DNA from: Saccostrea echinata
Taxonomy: Eukaryota
Length of the DNA: 64,000 nucleotides
Direction: 5' to 3'
Assembly: GCF_033153115.1 (NCBI RefSeq)
Contig: NW_026889782.1
Coordinates: 5,952,001-6,016,000, forward strand
Below, piece after piece: positions 58,716-64,000 of the stretch. The notes beneath the pieces were generated by a model. It was not told where the DNA came from and searched no databases. It worked only from the letters and a program-made list of their open reading frames with translations. The position numbers and the translations under genes are program-made. Each line of letters starts with the position of its first letter. The stretch's first letter is position 1.

Positions 58716-61544
58716 AAATGTTACGCTGTGTAAAAATAACCAAAATTGAACATATTTTTTTTATAGAAAGCAATAAAAATATTCATATAAATATCACCTG
58801 TAAAAGTGTAAAAAGAAATTTCCTTTAAGTAAATTTGTTTAATATTTTACTGTTGCATTACTTTATAATATCAAAAAACGCCTAGATGAAAGTAATTCCT
58901 CAGTAAGAAGTGCAGATAAACAAGCTCATTGCGAACACGCTTGTAATGAATTGACACTTACAGCCAAGTTATTATCATTTCCCATTGTGAACTTTACGGT
59001 TATAACGATTTACCTTAATAACGAATCAAAATCGTCCGTCCCTTCTTCATTACCGTTCTATAAGCCTCTGCCTTAGTAATTTAGTTTTGTTCAAAAGAAA
59101 GATTTTCCTTAAATTAAAGACTTAGGAACATTACACATATATATATAGAATTATTTTAAAACGGTAACTTCGTTGTACAGCTAACATATGAAGATATCAT
59201 GAAATAATGCATCAATGTTGGTTTCAATCGTTTTTTTAATATTCTTTTTTAAAAATTATTTAAAGGAGATTTAGAATCTTCACAGACTGACACGGTATCG
59301 ATTTATTTATGCAATAGTTCTTTTTTTTATGAAATTTAGGAGAAATCAGTCAAAAAGTCTGAAAATGCATAATGTAACCTATTCAAATAAATCGGACACA
59401 AATGTAACTCAGTTCCGACTAAATGACTCTCAATGATCGACAGAGAAATATAAAGAATCAAAAACACTCGTCTGGGTTTTCTTCTTCTTTAAAATAATCT
59501 ACAAAATATATTTGATGTAAAATCTCATGAATCCAGTAAACAAAACGCATCGTGATCGTGAACAGGACAAAACACGGATCCCTGGAGAACACCAAAGGAT
59601 GGATCAAGGTGCCTAAGAGGAGTAAGCATCCCTTGATGACTGGTCATACCCGCCGTGAGCTCTGTGTATTGATCAGGTATACAGAGTACTCAGTAGTCAA
59701 ATTTAGTTAAAAGTAATTACCTTACAAATAGTATCAAAGATATCAAACACAATACTACTCAACGACAGGTTGTATTCACAAAACAACGTCATTAAAACGA
59801 CCGTAGAATTTGCGGAAAGCTTACTTTAAACAGAGTTGTTGAAATCCTTGTAAATCAACTTATATGTCAGTAGCTTCTGAAATCAAAGACAAATGAGAAT
59901 AAGCATTTTCTTACATCTTTCGAAAAAAGATATTCTCTCTTTAGTATCACATTAAGCTTAAGGCGTTACAAAACGTTATGTTTACGTATTGCTTCAATTT
60001 CAAAGTTTGTTCATATCTAACTTTCCCATTCCTACTTACGACAATCAAAGGTCAGTCTGGACGAATTTAAAACTGGAAGAAATCGATTGAACTTGTGACA
60101 GTGCCAAAATGTCTGGGGTGAAATTAACCCTGCGTACAGTACGTATTGTTAGAAACATTATGATCAAAACAATTAACTGAAATGTGAAGTCCAAATAAAA
60201 GAGTTTTCTTTTTAACTGAAATACAGAATTTTAAACTATGATAATTTTCTAGAGGGTCAAAAAAAATTTTCATTTCTATATACAGCTTAAATAACTTTTA
60301 AAATTCATTAATCAGAAGGCATTGTATGGGACAATCATAGTAAATCTAAAGTAGCAAACACCCACTAAAGCTATCATTGTACCAAGAAAAAAATACACAA
60401 ATAATTGATTTATTAAAATAATGATTTTTTGGACACTTACCCAGGCCTGTCGCTTGTAAATTTCCATTTAAGGGGTGGACACCATTTTCTTTTCTCTGAA
60501 TCTTTGCATGTTTATATCTTCTCTAGCTTTATAAGAATAAAATTCATCTTCAGATGACACTGTGACATTGACCTCTTACTTTGACCCAGTTTTCAAATAG
60601 ATAATCATGCCTATATCACTGTCAGTTTTAGAACGAGGCTTTGATCTTTTACATATTACACACAGTTCTTATGAGATTATACACTCTGTGTTTTGACCTA
60701 ACCATGTTTATGGAAATTGCATCAAATTGTTGTTTGTAATTTCTTTCAAGTAAGATGTTGCTAGCTTAAGCCACCATCTTGCTATGACTGCAAACAATTA
60801 TTTGGAGTTTGGAATTTTCTCACGTGGACTGATAAAAATGTCTTTGAACAATGTGTAGATTTCAACCCGAATTTTTTCAGTTCGTACACGTTGTCTATTG
60901 AGCTGGCTGTGCTCGTTATTAAGAAATTGTAACTTTTCAGAATATGAAAAGCACTGGAAAACTATCTGTGATATGTTAATATAATGTTTTATTTATTTTA
61001 TCAAGCTCAATACTCAATACTGTACCCCACACTCACTCTCTTGCAATTACTGTATTTCAACTCCCTCCCTTATTTCTTCGTTCTTATTCCTGCATTTCCT
61101 AGGAAAGCATGTAATATATACTGTTTACTTCCTTTTAGTTAGAGTATGAATTACACTATGTAATTATATTACATGTAAATGCAACATACATATATTTATT
61201 ACAAAAGAAAATGTATAATATAAGATATAAGGAAGTAAAGACGATGTACTGATTGTTTACTTATCTATGTTTATGTGAAAGCATAATTAAAAGTTATGAA
61301 TATTTTTTTAAATCTCACTCTTGAGTTTAAATGATTGATTGTATGTTTTTTTTTTACGTCCCATTTGAGATTTTTTTTTCACTCCACTTGAGCTTAAAGC
61401 TTGTTTGATGAAGAGAAACGAATCACCTTGATTTGAGAATGTCAATTGATATTTCAAGTTATTTTAAATCCTACATGTATGTAAATTTCTGATACTCTAT
61501 TGTTGCCCCACCCTACCCCCTGAAATTTTGATTGAACAAAATGT

Positions 61545-61765
61545 TAGGCCATTATTTACACACTGAATTGTCGACGGATTTTTCATTTTTTCCCGATCAT
61601 AACAAGGAGCTCAAGGTGTGTGTGACGGTCGGCAGGGGATGCTCACTCCTCCATGGCACCTGATCCCACCTCTGATGTTTTAGAGGTCCATGCTTGCTCT
61701 CCTCCTGATTTGTATTGTTTGTATGGACTTTTGAGCTTGATTACTGTTCGTTATATCTATATTTA
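61545..61765 (+). mobile_element. Penelope-like retroelement 3' tail
   Basis: Conserved tail sequence, very similar to 16432-16628. Confidence 0.65.
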
Positions 61766-61769
61766 GTGT

Positions 61770-62340
61770 AAACATCTACAGGTTATGCATATTGAAGTTT
61801 GTTCAAATCATGGCCCTTGGGGTTGGACTTGGCCACAGTAGGGATCAAAGTAAAAGAAGGGAATGTAAAAGAATAATTTTTAAAGTCTTCTCATAAAAAA
61901 GGGACATTAATTTGTGATATTTGAAAGGAAGCATACTAAAGCATATTCAACTTTGAAAGATCAAAGGCCTCAGGAGGAATTTTTGGATTCAATAGGGAAT
62001 GCAAGTTTTCAATGGTATAAAATATTTTCAAAAAAGCCTAGTCTCACAAAATCTTTTAAATATGCAAAAATCGCAAATTGTGCGATTTCAATTACTTATT
62101 TAGAAATTATGGTCCCTTGGTTTAGGATAGAGCTAAAATCGTGGATTTTATTTTACATAAACAGAAAAATTGCTTTTAATAAATCTTCTTTCTCAAGATC
62201 AGTAAGGCCATACTTTGATATTGTAATATCGAATGATTTTGTTAGTCGTAACCTCTGAAAAATGCTAAAGAGGACCCTAATCAGAGGTCATGATTTTTCA
62301 TGTAAACAAAAAGGGTAAAAATTTTCTTATCAAAATCATT
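61770..62340 (+). repeat. Degenerate Cg170-like/HINE repeat remnant
   Basis: 'gaagtttgttcaaatcatggcccttgggg..gggatcaaagt' resembles the units at 48550-49100. Confidence 0.55.
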
Positions 62341-64000
62341 TTCTGAAGAACAGAGCTATGGCCGAACGGCTTTTTCTTTTGTTCGAAAAACACGGAGGAA
62401 GAGAAATTTGAAATACTTGTAAAGGAATCAGTTTTCTTTAGATTTCTAAGCATCAAAGAAAACCTTTGCTTTTACATGTATCAAAAAAATATAATTGAAC
62501 GACGTAAATCCCGCATAAAACTTTACTGTGGCCTAGCAACATCTGTGTCCCTTGTTTATTACACATATCAATGTAGAACATCACATCATTTAATGTACTT
62601 GTCATGATATATTTTTATCAGTTTAATCTCTCATAGAAAATTGCATTCTTTCTTGCAAAACCAGTTCAATCAAATAATGATATTTCATGTCTTCTAACCC
62701 CTACTCAAATTAAAAGTTATCAAGTCAGCTTATGCATTCAAGCTGAAACTGATTTCCTGCTGTCCTGTCCATTTCACATCTTAAATTCAGACCGTTGCAT
62801 GCATTAATTTAATATAAAGACTATCTGCATGCTTTGAATAAACAGGATTCTAGTCTGGCACACAAATTTTGTTTGGTGTATACACAAAGAATGACTTTTT
62901 TTTGCCACTTTATTAATATTATTTCCTTCCAAAAAAAAGAAACAGGAGAATTTAGAAAAGAGGTATGAATGAACATATTTATTTACTTATTTCAAATCAC
63001 ACAAAAGAGTATTGCTATTAAGTTTTGTGATCTTTCGACAAATCTGTTCTTTTAAACAACATATGTATGTATTTATTAATCATCATTTGATGATTAATAA
63101 TCATTTACAACTTACAAGTAGACAAATTTAAACAATAAGACACATCTTCACCGCTCACATATCCCGAATAGATTGCCAGCTGGATTTATTATAATTGGTG
63201 ATATAAGTAAATTTCAAAATAACGGCCTAAAAGGAAAAATTTCAAAAAAAAAAGAAAAGAAAAAAAGAAAGGTACTAGAATTCAGGAAGCCAATATCTTT
63301 CAAACGGTGACAGAACATCATTTCTATTTTGAATTCTGTCGAGGGGTATGCTAGACTATAGGCTAAAAATGAAGGAGAAGACCTTGATACTGTCAAAATG
63401 GATTAAACGTGACAGATATATATCAAAGAATCGTATAAGAAAAATAAAGGGCAAAATGCAATCTATATATCTTTCCGATTTCAGCATAAAAGAACTAATT
63501 AAAAAATTAGAAAGATATCATGAAATATATATTTGATTCCATCTGACAAAGCTTATATCAATACAGTCTTTGTTTGAGAGGTTCATTTTTACAACTGCAC
63601 TTTTGAAGAACGTAGTACAGTTATGGTGCCAAATGGAAATATCGGCGAATTTTTTTAAGATAGCAAATACATTCTTTACAAGGATAGGCGATTCCTTTTA
63701 GGAATTTTCTATTATCGGACAAATGCAATGTGGTTGAAAACCACATGTTGAGGACGATTAGATTTCTTATTTAGACTTTTCATGTGATGTAGCAGTCACG
63801 TGATTTAAGCAAATATAGCTGAAGTATTGAGGTCATCTATAAATTTCAATATTGCACGGGCATAACCAAGTTAAAAATTTAAGTTTAATTTATAATTACT
63901 TTCAACACTCCTTCTTGTTTGTGAAAAGTGCTGCGAACCTATATAGATTCTACTATCTTATTGCTAAAATTATATTTGTTAGAGCGTATGTTGAATATTA

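Larger units (their letters stand above)
58480..61995 (+). repeat. Segmental duplication, copy 2
   Basis: Colinear with 31930-33520, 34250-35060 and 38060-38330. Confidence 0.92.

Overview
AT-rich eukaryotic DNA. The repeat content (Helentron/HINE elements with ~166-168 bp Cg170-type core repeats) suggests a bivalve, probably an ostreid oyster; this is inference. Main contents: (1) An intact Helentron/Helitron2 ORF of ~2,460 aa (4443-11825). It encodes a herpesvirus-tegument-like (VTD/peptidase C76) cysteine protease, a basic repeat region, a Zn finger, an HUH/Y2 Rep, a PIF1-type helicase and an AP endonuclease. A candidate 3' terminus lies at ~15784. (2) Two tandem four-exon host genes (28081-32165 and 41529-58715) encoding secreted PAN/apple-like + C-type lectin proteins. 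Their first exons are very different, while the last exons and 3' flanks are ~92% identical. (3) A dense, often nested set of non-autonomous elements: at least three HINE families; CACTA-like, TA-flanked, Kolobok-like, Harbinger-like and hAT-like MITEs; and Penelope-like retroelement remnants. (4) Minisatellites, foldback palindromes and a 140-N assembly gap. Most short ORFs in the supplied track are spurious.
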